NCBI GenBank assembly: GCA_963732945.1
Contig: CAVTBL010000004.1
Coordinates: forward strand, 206,894-270,893
Source of the DNA: an uncultured Chloroflexia bacterium
Lineage (GTDB): Bacteria > Chloroflexota > Dehalococcoidia > DSTF01 > WHTK01
DNA length: 64,000 bases
Reading direction: 5' to 3'
Shown: piece by piece, positions 30,983 to 40,892 of the stretch
Layout: each line of letters begins with the position of its first letter
Position numbering within the stretch: the first letter of the stretch is position 1
Program-made: the position numbers and the translations under genes
The notes under the pieces: model-generated
What the model saw: only the letters and a program-made list of their open reading frames with translations
The model's database searches: none
Told to the model about the DNA's origin: nothing

Positions 30983-32265
30983 TGACCACGGCAGCAGACC
31001 CTGATCGCGCTTCAAAGGCGAAGACGAACGACAAGGCCAAAGACGTCATGGCCACGGTCGAAGAAGCGATCGAGGAGATTCGCGCCGGACGCTTTGTCGT
31101 CGTAATCGATGACGAGGCGCGCGAGAACGAGGGCGACCTCGTCATGGCCGCCGACTTCGTCACCGCCGATCACATCAACTTCATGGCCAGGTACGGCCGC
31201 GGTCTGATCTGCATGCCGATGACCGCTGAGCGCATCGAAGAGCTCGGCATCCCGATGATGGTCAACGCGCAGGACAACAGCTCGATGTTCGGCACGCCGT
31301 TCACCGTCTCGGTCGAGGCGCGCTCCGGCGTCACCACCGGCATTTCGGCTGCCGACCGCGCTCGCACCGTCGAGGTGCTGATCGACTCCGAGTCGACCAA
31401 GCGCGACATCGTCATGCCGGGCCACCTGTTCCCGTTGCGTGCCCGCGAGGGTGGCGTGCTGGTGCGCGCCGGTCAGACCGAGGCGACCGTCGACCTGTGC
31501 AAGCTCGCGGGCCTGTACCCGGCAGGCGTGCTGTGCGAGATCATGCGCAACGACGGCACGATGATGCGCCTGCCCGACCTCAAGCGCTTCGCCGCGCGGC
31601 ACGGGCTCAAGATCCTCAGTGTCGAGCAGCTCATCGCCTACCGTCAGCAGCACGAGAAGCTGGTCGAGCGCGTCACGGAGACCGTGATCCCCACGGCCTA
31701 CGGCTCCTGGAAGGCGATCGCCTATCGCAGCATGACCGACCCCGACGAGCACGTGGCGCTGGTCATGGGCGACGTCAGCGGTGACGAGCCCGTCCTGGTG
31801 CGCATGCACAGCCAGTGCGTCACGGGCGACGTGTTCGGCAGCATGCGCTGCGACTGCGGCGAGCAGCTCGACAAGTCGATGCAGATGATCGGTGAAGAGG
31901 GGCGCGGCGTGATCGTCTACATGCGCCAGGAAGGGCGCGGGATCGGCTTTCACAACAAGCTGCGCGCCTACGCCCTGCAGGACGTCGGCATGGACACGGT
32001 CGAAGCTAACCTCGCGCTGGGCTTCGAGGCCGACCGCCGCGATTACGGTATTGGCATGCAGATACTCGTCGACCTGGGTTTGACCAAGATCCGCTTCCTG
32101 ACCAACAACCCTCGCAAGCGCGCCGGTCTCGAAGGCTTCGGCCTCGAGATGGTCGAGCGCGTCCCGATCATCGCCGAGCCCAACGAGTTCAACGCGCGCT
32201 ACCTCGAGGTGAAGCGCGAGAAGCTCGGTCACCGCTTCGACGACGACCCCATGAACATCGTCTAG
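30982..32265 (+). CDS. ribBA: bifunctional 3,4-dihydroxy-2-butanone-4-phosphate synthase / GTP cyclohydrolase II
   Basis: DHBP synthase motifs (RENEGDLV) and GTP cyclohydrolase II zinc cysteines (CDCGEQ). Confidence 0.9.
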   Translation: MTTAADPDRASKAKTNDKAKDVMATVEEAIEEIRAGRFVVVIDDEARENEGDLVMAADFVTADHINFMARYGRGLICMPMTAERIEELGIPMMVNAQDNSSMFGTPFTVSVEARSGVTTGISAADRARTVEVLIDSESTKRDIVMPGHLFPLRAREGGVLVRAGQTEATVDLCKLAGLYPAGVLCEIMRNDGTMMRLPDLKRFAARHGLKILSVEQLIAYRQQHEKLVERVTETVIPTAYGSWKAIAYRSMTDPDEHVALVMGDVSGDEPVLVRMHSQCVTGDVFGSMRCDCGEQLDKSMQMIGEEGRGVIVYMRQEGRGIGFHNKLRAYALQDVGMDTVEANLALGFEADRRDYGIGMQILVDLGLTKIRFLTNNPRKRAGLEGFGLEMVERVPIIAEPNEFNARYLEVKREKLGHRFDDDPMNIV

Positions 32266-32304
32266 AGACGTGAGCAACAAGCTTCAAGCGACAAGCTACA
32301 AGCA
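32266..32304. repeat. same heptamer family (ACAAGCT TCAAGCG ACAAGCT ACAAGCA) between ribBA and ribH
   Basis: shares GA(A/C)AAGCTACAAGC with the 3080-3110 element. Confidence 0.4.
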
Positions 32305-32346
32305 GTGCGAGCCTTGTTGCCTGTTGCCCGTTGCTGGTTGCCGGGA

Positions 32347-32814
32347 ATGATCGAAATACCGGAAGACCTCGACGGTGCGGACCTGCGCGTGGCGATTGCA
32401 GTGTCGCGGTTCAATACGCTGATTACGGAGCGACTGCTGGCCGGCGCGCTCGAGGGCTTGACGGCGCTCGGCGTCGACGTGTCGCGCGTCACGGTCGCGT
32501 GGGTGCCGGGCAGCTTCGAGCTGCCATTCGCGGCTCAGCGCTTCGCCGAGACGTCGCGCTACGACGCCGTTATCTGCCTTGGCTGCGTGATCAAGGGCGA
32601 GACCGACCACAACGAGTACATCAACCACGCGACCGCGACCGGCCTGCAGGAAGTCGGCGCGCGCACCGGCGTTCCGGCGATCTTCGGGGTCGTGACGGTG
32701 AACAGCCTGGAGCAGGCGCTGGCGCGCGCCGAAGAGGGCTCGACGAACAAGGGCTACGAATGCGCCGTTGCGGCTGTCACCATGGCGAACCTGAGCCGCA
32801 TCATCCCCGAGTAG
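32347..32814 (+). CDS. ribH: 6,7-dimethyl-8-ribityllumazine synthase
   Basis: lumazine synthase fold (RVAIAVSRFN...WVPGSFELP). ATG at 32347 preferred over the upstream start in the ORF track. Confidence 0.9.
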   Translation: MIEIPEDLDGADLRVAIAVSRFNTLITERLLAGALEGLTALGVDVSRVTVAWVPGSFELPFAAQRFAETSRYDAVICLGCVIKGETDHNEYINHATATGLQEVGARTGVPAIFGVVTVNSLEQALARAEEGSTNKGYECAVAAVTMANLSRIIPE

Positions 32815-32822
32815 CGCTGGTC

Positions 32823-33209
32823 TTGCCCGAGCACCAGTTCTTCAAAGTAGCCCAGAAGGCGTTCATCGACCGCGGCGGTCAGGTGCTCGTCGTCTATTTC
32901 CCTGACGGCGGCCTCGACTTCCCCGGCGGCCGTATCGATGAGGGCGAGTCCGATCTCGTCGCGTCGATTCAGCGCGAGGTACGCGAGGAAACGACCCTTG
33001 AGATCGAGGTCGGCGCGCCGTTCACTACCTGGCTCAACGCCGAACGCACCTTGTTCATAGTCGGCTACCGCTGTCGCTACCTGGCAGGCGACGTTGTGCT
33101 CAGTGAGGAACATGGCTCACATCGCTGGGTCGATGCCAGGAGCTATCGTGAAATCGACGACGGCAGCGCTGCGTTCGATATGCTGAGCCGGTACTTCGAT
33201 AGCGCCTGA
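32823..33209 (+). CDS. NUDIX hydrolase
   Basis: Nudix box GGRIDEGESDLVASIQREVREETTL; TTG start 9 nt after the ribH stop. Confidence 0.7.
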   Translation: MPEHQFFKVAQKAFIDRGGQVLVVYFPDGGLDFPGGRIDEGESDLVASIQREVREETTLEIEVGAPFTTWLNAERTLFIVGYRCRYLAGDVVLSEEHGSHRWVDARSYREIDDGSAAFDMLSRYFDSA

Positions 33210-33226
33210 GAAAGGACCACAGCGCC

Positions 33227-33811
33227 ATGTACATCGCGATTCGTCAGTTTACGGTCGATGCGGGCAAGACATCCGACCTCACTGCGGCGGCCGAGACCGC
33301 GCATGCGCTGACGCGCGGCGTCGAGGGCTTTCGCTGGGCGATGCTGTTGCGCTCTACCGACGATGCCACCAAGTTCGCAGCCGCCTCGATGTGGCTCACA
33401 GCGGCGGCCGCAACTGATTGGGCCATCGGCACCATCGGCGCGGCCTACGATTCGGTGATCACTGCGGTCGCGTCTGACTCGTCGTTGCGTGAGTTCGACG
33501 TGGCGACCGCGCGCGGCTCGATGACGCCGGCAGAATACGCGGTGATAGTCGAGTGGGAGGTGCCGCCCGAGAGCGTCCCGGCCTTCAGCAACCGCTGGAA
33601 CGCGCTGTATCACGCCGTCGAGGACGCGATCGGCAGCCGCCTGCTGCGTGACCTCGAGCAGCCGAATCGTTATACGGGCCTGCACGTCGTGATAAAGCAG
33701 GACGCGCTCAAGTCCGAAACGTTCGTCTCCGACGTGGCGACCGCCGAGGGCGCGGCGCTGAAGCCCGCCTCGGTCACGCACTACTCGGTTGTTCTGCTGA
33801 CCGAGGCCTGA
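33227..33811 (+). CDS. hypothetical protein, ABM/Dabb-like tandem ferredoxin-like fold
   Basis: 194-aa ORF; weak ABM-like features. Confidence 0.5.
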   Translation: MYIAIRQFTVDAGKTSDLTAAAETAHALTRGVEGFRWAMLLRSTDDATKFAAASMWLTAAAATDWAIGTIGAAYDSVITAVASDSSLREFDVATARGSMTPAEYAVIVEWEVPPESVPAFSNRWNALYHAVEDAIGSRLLRDLEQPNRYTGLHVVIKQDALKSETFVSDVATAEGAALKPASVTHYSVVLLTEA

Positions 33812-33895
33812 AGCCGGGGCCGCAACTTAACCGCGACGTAACCGGGAGCCGCGAAAGCGTGTGTTAAGATGCCCTGAGCCCCGGAGGATCGCAAA

Positions 33896-34255
33896 ATGAC
33901 CGAGATCGAACCGATCCCTGAATCGGACACGGACGATGTTGAATGGCAGAACGGCCAGGGCGAGACGCCTGACTCCAGCGCCCTGACGTCGCTACAACTG
34001 GCGCACAAGGTCATGGCCAAGTTTCCCGACCTGACCAAGCGCTACCAGAAGTTCATCGGCACGGCGGCCGTGGTGTCGTCGGCGCTGATCGTGCTCACGA
34101 GCATCGCTGTCTCGAAGCGCCTGCACAAGGGCGAGTCGCCGGAGGACATCCTCAACTCGATCACGCCCGAGGAGATCGAGAGCGCCGGCCGGGAGAAGCC
34201 CGCCAAGCCGGAGAAGAACGGCCACAACGGCAGCAAGGCGCAGTTCCTGCACTAG
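33896..34255 (+). CDS. hypothetical small membrane protein
   Basis: GGAGG SD; acidic N-terminus, one TM helix, basic C-terminus. Confidence 0.5.
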   Translation: MTEIEPIPESDTDDVEWQNGQGETPDSSALTSLQLAHKVMAKFPDLTKRYQKFIGTAAVVSSALIVLTSIAVSKRLHKGESPEDILNSITPEEIESAGREKPAKPEKNGHNGSKAQFLH

Positions 34256-34320
34256 GCGAGCATTTGGCCTTTAGCATTTAGCTATTTAGCCAAGGGCCTA
34301 ATGCTAATTGATAGATGCTC
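34256..34320. repeat. AT-rich palindromic spacer with heptamer repeats (CTTTAGC ATTTAGC TATTTAGC) and outer inverted repeat GCGAGCAT...ATGCTCGC upstream of the dinB promoter
   Basis: read directly. Confidence 0.4.
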
Positions 34321-34324
34321 GCCC

Positions 34325-34352
34325 TTGACTTGCAGAACATTTTTGCTAATAT
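34325..34352 (+). promoter_or_regulatory. sigma-70-like promoter for dinB (TTGACT-16 nt-TGcTAATAT)
   Basis: near-consensus -35 and an extended -10 ending 10 nt before GTG 34363, giving an essentially leaderless transcript. Confidence 0.45.
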
Positions 34353-34362
34353 TCGCAGCGGC

Positions 34363-35586
34363 GTGGCGCGGCACATCCTGCACGTAGACCTCGATGCCTT
34401 CTTCGTTGCGGTGGAGCAGGCTCGAGATCCCGCGCTCGCTGGCAAGGCTGTCGTGGTCGGCGGCGACCCGGGCGGGCGCGGCGTTGTCGCGACGGCATCG
34501 TACGAGGCGCGCGTCTTTGGTGTGCACTCGGCGATGCCGCTGCGCACCGCGAAACGCCTGGCGCCGCACGCGATCTTCCTGAGGGGCGACTACAAGGAAT
34601 ACAGCCGCGTCTCGCGCGCCTTCCACGCCATCCTCGCCGACTACACGCCGCTCGTAGAGTCTGGCGGTCTCGACGAGGCCTACCTCGACGTCACGGGCTG
34701 CGAGCCACTGGCGGGCACACCGGAGCAGGCCGCGGCGACGATTCGCGCCCGCATCCACGCCGAGCTGGGCATCGCAGCCTCGGTGGGCATTTCGAGCAGC
34801 AAGCTCGTGTCCAAGGTCGCTTCCGACCGCGCCAAGCCGGACGGCGTCTGCGTCGTGCCCGAGGGCGGCGAGGCCGCATTCCTGGCGCCGCTGCCGCTGC
34901 GCGCCCTGCCGATGCTGGGGCCGAAGCTCGAGGTGAAGCTGGCGCAGATGGGGCTCTCGACCCTCGGTCAGCTGCAGACGCTGCCTGCACCGACGCTCGA
35001 GAGCCTGCTCGGGCGATACGGCAGCGTCATCTCCCAGCGCAGCCGCGGTATCGACCCGACGCCGGTCGGCGGCGAGCACGGCGCCAAGTCGATCAGCCGC
35101 GAGGGCACCTTCGCCAGCGACGTCGCCGACCCCGAGCACCTGCGCTCCCTGCTGCGCGCCTTCAGCGAGAGCGTCGGCTCACAGCTGCGGGCCCAGGGCC
35201 GTCGTGCTCGCACCGTGACGCTGAAGCTGCGCTACGAGGACTTCACGACGTTGAGCCGTAGCAGCACGCTGCCGAGGCCTCTGAACAGCAACGAGGCGAT
35301 CTTCGAAGCTGCTGACGCGCTGCTCAGCCGGCTGCGTCAGGCGGAGCGCCGGCCGGTGCGCCTGATCGGTGTCGGCGCCAGCAACCTGGTCGACGATGCC
35401 GTGCAGCTCAGCCTGGAGCCGTCGCGCGAGATCAAGGACGAGTCACTTAGCGCCGCCTTCGACCGCGTACGTCAGAAGTACGGCACGCGCTCGCTGCAGA
35501 CTGGTCGCACCGCCTTCGACCCGGCGACCAGTCGCGACGAGGTGTTCGATCGCGGTACGGGACTCTCGTCACAGATCGATCATTAG
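34363..35586 (+). CDS. dinB: DNA polymerase IV (Y-family)
   Basis: ILHVDLDAFFVAVEQ... Y-family catalytic motifs. GTG at 34363 chosen because the promoter lies inside the ATG-34315 extension. Confidence 0.85.
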   Translation: MARHILHVDLDAFFVAVEQARDPALAGKAVVVGGDPGGRGVVATASYEARVFGVHSAMPLRTAKRLAPHAIFLRGDYKEYSRVSRAFHAILADYTPLVESGGLDEAYLDVTGCEPLAGTPEQAAATIRARIHAELGIAASVGISSSKLVSKVASDRAKPDGVCVVPEGGEAAFLAPLPLRALPMLGPKLEVKLAQMGLSTLGQLQTLPAPTLESLLGRYGSVISQRSRGIDPTPVGGEHGAKSISREGTFASDVADPEHLRSLLRAFSESVGSQLRAQGRRARTVTLKLRYEDFTTLSRSSTLPRPLNSNEAIFEAADALLSRLRQAERRPVRLIGVGASNLVDDAVQLSLEPSREIKDESLSAAFDRVRQKYGTRSLQTGRTAFDPATSRDEVFDRGTGLSSQIDH

Positions 35587-35664
35587 TCCTCATGCGTAAC
35601 CTTTACGTTAGGGGTATAATGGGCCACGCGTCGCTCACAGGGCGCGCGTCTGGAAAGTCGAAAA

Positions 35665-36330
35665 ATGATAATGGCAGAAGCAATAGAGGGTGCCGCCCCC
35701 CGCGTCGTCTCTGGACGCTGGGTGAGCTTGCGGCGCGCTTGCGACATCCTGGGCGTCGATGAGTCGACGCTACGCCGTTGGGCCGACGGCGGCCGGCTGC
35801 GGGTTTACCGTACGCCCGGCGGTCACCGCCGCTTTGCCCTCAGCGACCTCGAGGGCATGGTGGCGGGCGAGAACCGCCGCGGCTCGGAAGAGGTAGAACG
35901 CATCGCCGTCGCCAAGATCCGGCGCCAGCTGCAGCGGGCGCGTCAGCAGGAGCACGGCTGGTACGTCAGCCTCTCGGAGTCGAACCGCGGCCGCCTGCGC
36001 GACCTCGGCCGTCGCCTGGTGGAAATGGCCGGCGAGTACATGGACAAGCGCACGCGTCACAGCGGGCTGCTCGACGAGGCGCTGGAGATGGGCGAAGCCT
36101 ACGGCCGCATCTTCGTCGAGGCCGGCATGCCGCTGCCGAGCGCGATCGGCGCCTACATCGGCTTCAGCAAGACGGTCGACGAGACGACGCGTCAGACCGC
36201 CCTGCGCGAGTCGATGCCGCTGGATGAGGCCCTGGCGGCCTACGGGCAGGTGCACGCGTTGGGTGACCAGGTGCTGCTCGGCATGACGGCTGCGTACGAG
36301 GCTCTCGCCGGCACAGCCGACGGCAGCTAG
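35665..36330 (+). CDS. MerR/excisionase-family HTH protein with uncharacterised helical C-terminal domain
   Basis: HTH_17-like (ILGVDESTLRRWADGGRLRVYRTPGGHRRF). Confidence 0.6.
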   Translation: MIMAEAIEGAAPRVVSGRWVSLRRACDILGVDESTLRRWADGGRLRVYRTPGGHRRFALSDLEGMVAGENRRGSEEVERIAVAKIRRQLQRARQQEHGWYVSLSESNRGRLRDLGRRLVEMAGEYMDKRTRHSGLLDEALEMGEAYGRIFVEAGMPLPSAIGAYIGFSKTVDETTRQTALRESMPLDEALAAYGQVHALGDQVLLGMTAAYEALAGTADGS

Positions 36331-36485
36331 TCAAACCAACGGAGGGGCCTGCCGGATGGGTGCCCGCAAGGGTTGTATCGCGCGATCGCTGCAGCCGAAG
36401 AACGCAACGTTATCTCAATCTTCTAACGCTGCTGGTGAGGCGTCCGGAGTCGGATCCGTGAGAGCATGGGAAGAGATTGTGAGCA

Positions 36486-36827
36486 TTGCCACAATCTGAA
36501 GACCACGAGGACTCCGGTCACAACGACAATGCTGCGTTGAGCGCCGATAATGACTCGAGGGAATTTATGAGCGAACGACAGAAACCGCGCCGCAGGCGCA
36601 ACGGATTCATGGACGGCCAGGATCAGGTCTTTTCGCTGAGCAGTATCTACCGCACCTCGATCCTGGGCAGCGATCGGTCGGGCGACATGGCGCGCCCCGG
36701 CCACGCTGAGGTCGACCCGATAGCATGGCCGGAGCCCGGCGAGGACCTCGACGACTCCGAGCTGAGCGACTACGAGCGCCGTCAGGCTATCGCGCGGGAG
36801 CGCTGGCGCCGCGAGGGCCGCGCCTGA
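36486..36827 (+). CDS. hypothetical acidic protein upstream of hemA
   Basis: 113-aa ORF ending 2 nt before hemA; low-complexity, weak. Confidence 0.3.
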   Translation: MPQSEDHEDSGHNDNAALSADNDSREFMSERQKPRRRRNGFMDGQDQVFSLSSIYRTSILGSDRSGDMARPGHAEVDPIAWPEPGEDLDDSELSDYERRQAIARERWRREGRA

Positions 36828-36829
36828 CA

Positions 36830-38068
36830 ATGCACGTCTCCGTTACGGGCGTCAGCCACCATGAGACGCCCGTTGAGCTGCGTGAGCGCTTCGCGTTCAA
36901 CGCCGAGCAGCTCGTCCCGGCCCTGAGCCGCCTCCCGGCCGAGCTCGGCGCCTCGATTCTCTCGACCTGCAACCGCACCGAGCTGTACATCGCCTCGGAG
37001 CGCAGCGTCGAGCTCGACGAAGCCGTCGCGGCGCTGGCGACGGCGCATGGCCAGCCTTCGCCCGAGGGCATCGCCTTCTACCACAAGGACGGTCCCGAGG
37101 CCGTGCAGCACCTGTTCCGCGTAGCCGCCGGCATCGAGTCGCTGGTGATCGGCGAGTCGGAAATCCTGGGGCAGGTGCGCGAGGCCTTTTCGGCCGCTAC
37201 GGCCGCGGGCAGCGGCAACGCCGTTCTGGCGCGCCTGTTCCATTCAGCCCTGCGCGTCGGACGTCGCGCCCGCAGCGAGACCGAGATCGGCGCGCACGGG
37301 CTCTCAGTCGCCGCGCTCGCGGTTAGCCTTTCGCGCCGGCTGCTGGGCGACCTGCGCCGCAAGACAGTGCTCGTGGTCGGCGCCGGCGAGGCGGGGCAAC
37401 GCTGTGCCGGCGCTCTGGTGCAGAACGGCGTCGGCCGCCTGCTGGTCACGACGCGTCGATCCGGCCTGGCCGAAGAGATCGCGCGCGAGCTCAACGGCGT
37501 CGCGATTCCCTACGCGGAGCTGAGCAGCGCACTCGCCGAAGCCGACGTGATCATCACCGCCACGGCCGCACCCGAGGCGATCATCAGCGCCGCCGACGTT
37601 GCGGCCGCGATGGCATCTCGTCCCGAGCGGCCGCTGCTCATCGTCGACATCGCCGTGCCGCGCGACGTCGATGCCGCCGCGCGCGACGTGGCCAACGTGC
37701 ACCTGTTCGACATCGACGACCTGGAGGCCGCGGCCGAGGCCAACCTCGAGGCGCGTCGGCGCGAGGTCGGGGCCGTCGAAGCCATCGTCCTCGACGAGTC
37801 GGCGCGGTTTCAGGCCTGGCTCGAAGCGCAGGGCGTCGCGCCGACCATCGCCACGCTGCGCCGGCGCGCCGAAGCGATTCGCGCCGCCGAGCTGCAGCGC
37901 ACGCTATCGCGCCTGCCAGACCTCGACGAGGCGGACCGCAAGCGCATCGAGGCCATGAGCGAGGCGATCGTCAAGCGTCTGCTGCACGAGCCCGTGACGC
38001 GCCTGCGCCAGTCCGGCACCGAGCGCCACGTCGAAGCCCTGCGCGATCTCTTTGGCCTCGACGACTGA
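36830..38068 (+). CDS. hemA: glutamyl-tRNA reductase
   Basis: HemA N-terminal catalytic Cys (STCNRTE), NADP-binding GAGEAG. Confidence 0.9.
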   Translation: MHVSVTGVSHHETPVELRERFAFNAEQLVPALSRLPAELGASILSTCNRTELYIASERSVELDEAVAALATAHGQPSPEGIAFYHKDGPEAVQHLFRVAAGIESLVIGESEILGQVREAFSAATAAGSGNAVLARLFHSALRVGRRARSETEIGAHGLSVAALAVSLSRRLLGDLRRKTVLVVGAGEAGQRCAGALVQNGVGRLLVTTRRSGLAEEIARELNGVAIPYAELSSALAEADVIITATAAPEAIISAADVAAAMASRPERPLLIVDIAVPRDVDAAARDVANVHLFDIDDLEAAAEANLEARRREVGAVEAIVLDESARFQAWLEAQGVAPTIATLRRRAEAIRAAELQRTLSRLPDLDEADRKRIEAMSEAIVKRLLHEPVTRLRQSGTERHVEALRDLFGLDD

Positions 38069-38125
38069 CCTATCTGACACGTCCCCGGCATAGGCCCGGC
38101 CACGCAGCGATGCTAAGCTTCGACT

Positions 38126-38995
38126 GTGGATGCTGAGATTCAGGCCGTTGCCTTCGACTGCTTCGGCACGCTGATCGATTTCAGCGACGAGGCGTTTGCC
38201 ACCGCTTACGGCGTCATCTGCGCCGAGCAGGGCGTCCCGATCGACGGGCAGACCTTTTACGACAAGTGGATGGAGGTCTGGCGACGCCTCGCCAACGCCG
38301 GAAGTTCCGCGACAGGCGCAGGGATCGAGTTCAAAGCTTCGAACGGCAACGGCGTCGAGGCGCTGGTCAACCAGCCGGCCGCCCTCAGCGAGGCCGAGCC
38401 GATGCCGCCGCATCCCGAGCACCACACGCCCTCGGCCGGACGCAACCGCTCGCTCGACGGACCGGTGCCCGAGTTCAGGACGTATCGCGAGGAGTGGACT
38501 GAGCACTTCGCAATCTGCTTCGAGGAGCTCGGCGTCGAGGCCGACGCCGCCGTGGCTCACGAGCGCCTGCGCGAGCTCCTGGCGCAGGGCAGCGCCTTCC
38601 CAGAATCGCGGCGCGTCGTCGAACGGGTCGGGAGGCGTCTGCAGACCGCGATGCTCTCGAACGCCGACGACGACTTCCTGCATCCCGTGCTCGGCCGCAA
38701 CGGGCTCGTCTTCCCGGTCATCGTCTCGTCCGAGTCGGCGCGCGTCTACAAGCCCCACGTCGCGATCTTCCGCACGCTGGCCGACGAACTTGGCTTGCTG
38801 CCGGAATCGATCCTCTACGTCGGCGACAGCCGCCTCGCCGACATCACCGGCGCCAAGAACGCCGGCCTGCGCGCGGCCTGGCTGAATCGGCGACGCAGCA
38901 TGAGCGAGTGGAGCGCCTCGGGGCGTAATCTCATCGAACCCGACTACGAAATCGAGACCTTAGACGCGCTTCTCGGTATCCTCGACATAGCATGA
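38126..38995 (+). CDS. HAD-superfamily hydrolase
   Basis: HAD motif [10 protein letters not shown] and C-terminal motifs (YVGDS...D); large cap insertion. Confidence 0.75.
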   Translation: MDAEIQAVAFDCFGTLIDFSDEAFATAYGVICAEQGVPIDGQTFYDKWMEVWRRLANAGSSATGAGIEFKASNGNGVEALVNQPAALSEAEPMPPHPEHHTPSAGRNRSLDGPVPEFRTYREEWTEHFAICFEELGVEADAAVAHERLRELLAQGSAFPESRRVVERVGRRLQTAMLSNADDDFLHPVLGRNGLVFPVIVSSESARVYKPHVAIFRTLADELGLLPESILYVGDSRLADITGAKNAGLRAAWLNRRRSMSEWSASGRNLIEPDYEIETLDALLGILDIA

Positions 38996-40278
38996 GTCGC
39001 GTAACCGCACGCTCCCACGCCATCTTCGAGGAGGCGCAGCGCTACCTCCCCGGCGGCGTCAACAGCCCAGTGCGCTCCTTCCGCGGCGTCGGCGGCGACC
39101 CCGTCGTCGTGGCGTCTGGCGCCGGGCCGCGCATCACCGACGTCGATGGCAACGCCTACATCGATTACTGCGGCTCCTGGGGCCCGCTGGTCCTCGGACA
39201 CGCGCACGCCGCCGTCGTCGAAGCCGTGAGCAGCGCCGCCAGCCGCGGTCTGACCTTCGGCGCCGCCACCGAGGCCGAGCTCGAGCTGGCGCGCCTGGTC
39301 TGCGAGGCCGTGCCGTCGATCGAGATGGTGCGCTGCGTCAGCTCCGGCACCGAGGCGACAATGTCGGCGCTCCGTCTGGCTCGCGCCTTCACCGGACGCA
39401 GCAAGATCGTCAAGTTCGAGGGCTGCTACCACGGCCACGCCGACGGGCTGCTGGTGCAGGCCGGCTCCGGCGTCGCGACCCTGTCGCTGCCCGATAGCGC
39501 CGGCGTGCCGCCCTCCTACGCCGCCGAGACGCTGGTCGCGCCCTACAACGACGTTGCGGCGATCGATGCGCTGTTCGAGCAGCGCCGCGACGAGATCGCC
39601 GCCGTGATCGTCGAGCCCGTCGCCGCCAACATGGGGGTCGTGCCGCCCGCACCGGGCTTCCTGCAGCACCTGCGCGATCTTTGCACCGCGTCCGGGGCGC
39701 TGCTGATCTTCGACGAGGTGATCACGGGCTTCCGGGTCGGTCTCGGCGGTTACCAGGCGTCGTGCGGCGTCCTGCCGGACATCACCTGCCTCGGCAAGGT
39801 GATCGGCGGCGGCATGCCGGTCGGTGCCTACGGCGGCCGCCGCGACATCATGCAGCTGATCGCGCCGCTGGGGCCCGTCTACCAGGCCGGTACGCTCTCG
39901 GGCAACCCGCTGGCCATGGCCGCAGGACTCGCGACGCTGCGGGAGCTGTCGCGCCCCGGCGTCTACGAAGCCCTCGAAGCAAAGGGCGCGCGCCTCGAGG
40001 CCGGCCTGCGCGCCGCGCTCAACCGCCACGAGGTCCCGGCGCAGGTCAACCGCGTCGGCTCGCTGATGACGCTGTTCTTCACGGACGCCCCGGTTACGGA
40101 CTACGCCAGCGCGCGCAAGTGCGACACCGAACGCTACGCTCGCTTCTTCCACGCCCTGCTCGACGCCGGCGTCTACTTCCCGCCGTCGCAGTTCGAGGCC
40201 GCCTTCGTCTCGCTGGCGCACAGCGACGCCGACATCGACGCGACAATCGATGCGGTGGACGCGGCGCTGTCTGCCTGA
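38992..40278 (+). CDS. hemL: glutamate-1-semialdehyde 2,1-aminomutase
   Basis: class III aminotransferase, HemL-like throughout. Confidence 0.9.
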   Translation: MSRVTARSHAIFEEAQRYLPGGVNSPVRSFRGVGGDPVVVASGAGPRITDVDGNAYIDYCGSWGPLVLGHAHAAVVEAVSSAASRGLTFGAATEAELELARLVCEAVPSIEMVRCVSSGTEATMSALRLARAFTGRSKIVKFEGCYHGHADGLLVQAGSGVATLSLPDSAGVPPSYAAETLVAPYNDVAAIDALFEQRRDEIAAVIVEPVAANMGVVPPAPGFLQHLRDLCTASGALLIFDEVITGFRVGLGGYQASCGVLPDITCLGKVIGGGMPVGAYGGRRDIMQLIAPLGPVYQAGTLSGNPLAMAAGLATLRELSRPGVYEALEAKGARLEAGLRAALNRHEVPAQVNRVGSLMTLFFTDAPVTDYASARKCDTERYARFFHALLDAGVYFPPSQFEAAFVSLAHSDADIDATIDAVDAALSA

Positions 40279-40284
40279 GTTCCG

Positions 40285-40761
40285 ATGGCGCGCTGGCAGG
40301 ACGTCGTCGATGCTGAACCCGAGTTCGCCGCCGAGGTGCGCAAGCGCTTCGACGCGCACCGGCACAAGACGATGGCGACGATTCGCGCCGACGGCTCGCC
40401 GCGGATTAGCGGCATCGAAGTGACGTTCTCGGACGGCGACGTCTGGATCGGCAGCATGACCGGCGCACGCAAGGCCGCCGACCTGCGCCGCGATCCGCGT
40501 CTCGCCCTGCACTGCGCCTCCGAGGACCCGCCCGAGGACCCGACGGCCTGGACCGGAGACGCCAAGCTCGCGGGTCGCGCCGAGCTGGTCGAAGACCCGC
40601 AGCGCCTGGCATCGATGGGCGAAGGCGGCGACGGTTCCGGCGACCTGTTCCGTATCGATGTCAACGAGGTCGTCCTCACCCGCGTCGGCGCGCCGGCCGA
40701 CCACCTCGTGATCGAGACCTGGCGCGAAGGCCGTGGCCTCAGCCGCATCGAGCGCCGCTAA
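40285..40761 (+). CDS. pyridoxamine 5'-phosphate oxidase family protein (F420-dependent PPOX class likely)
   Basis: split-barrel PPOX-like motifs. Confidence 0.7.
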   Translation: MARWQDVVDAEPEFAAEVRKRFDAHRHKTMATIRADGSPRISGIEVTFSDGDVWIGSMTGARKAADLRRDPRLALHCASEDPPEDPTAWTGDAKLAGRAELVEDPQRLASMGEGGDGSGDLFRIDVNEVVLTRVGAPADHLVIETWREGRGLSRIERR

Positions 40762-40892
40762 CCTCCTGACTCCGTTGGCGGCGCTTCTTCTAGCGTTCGG
40801 CCCTTCCCGAAGCGACGTGACCTTGTTCCGCGTCGGCGCGCGTTCTATACTTCGCTCCAGTACGTTTAATTGATAAACTGGGTGAGCGTCTA

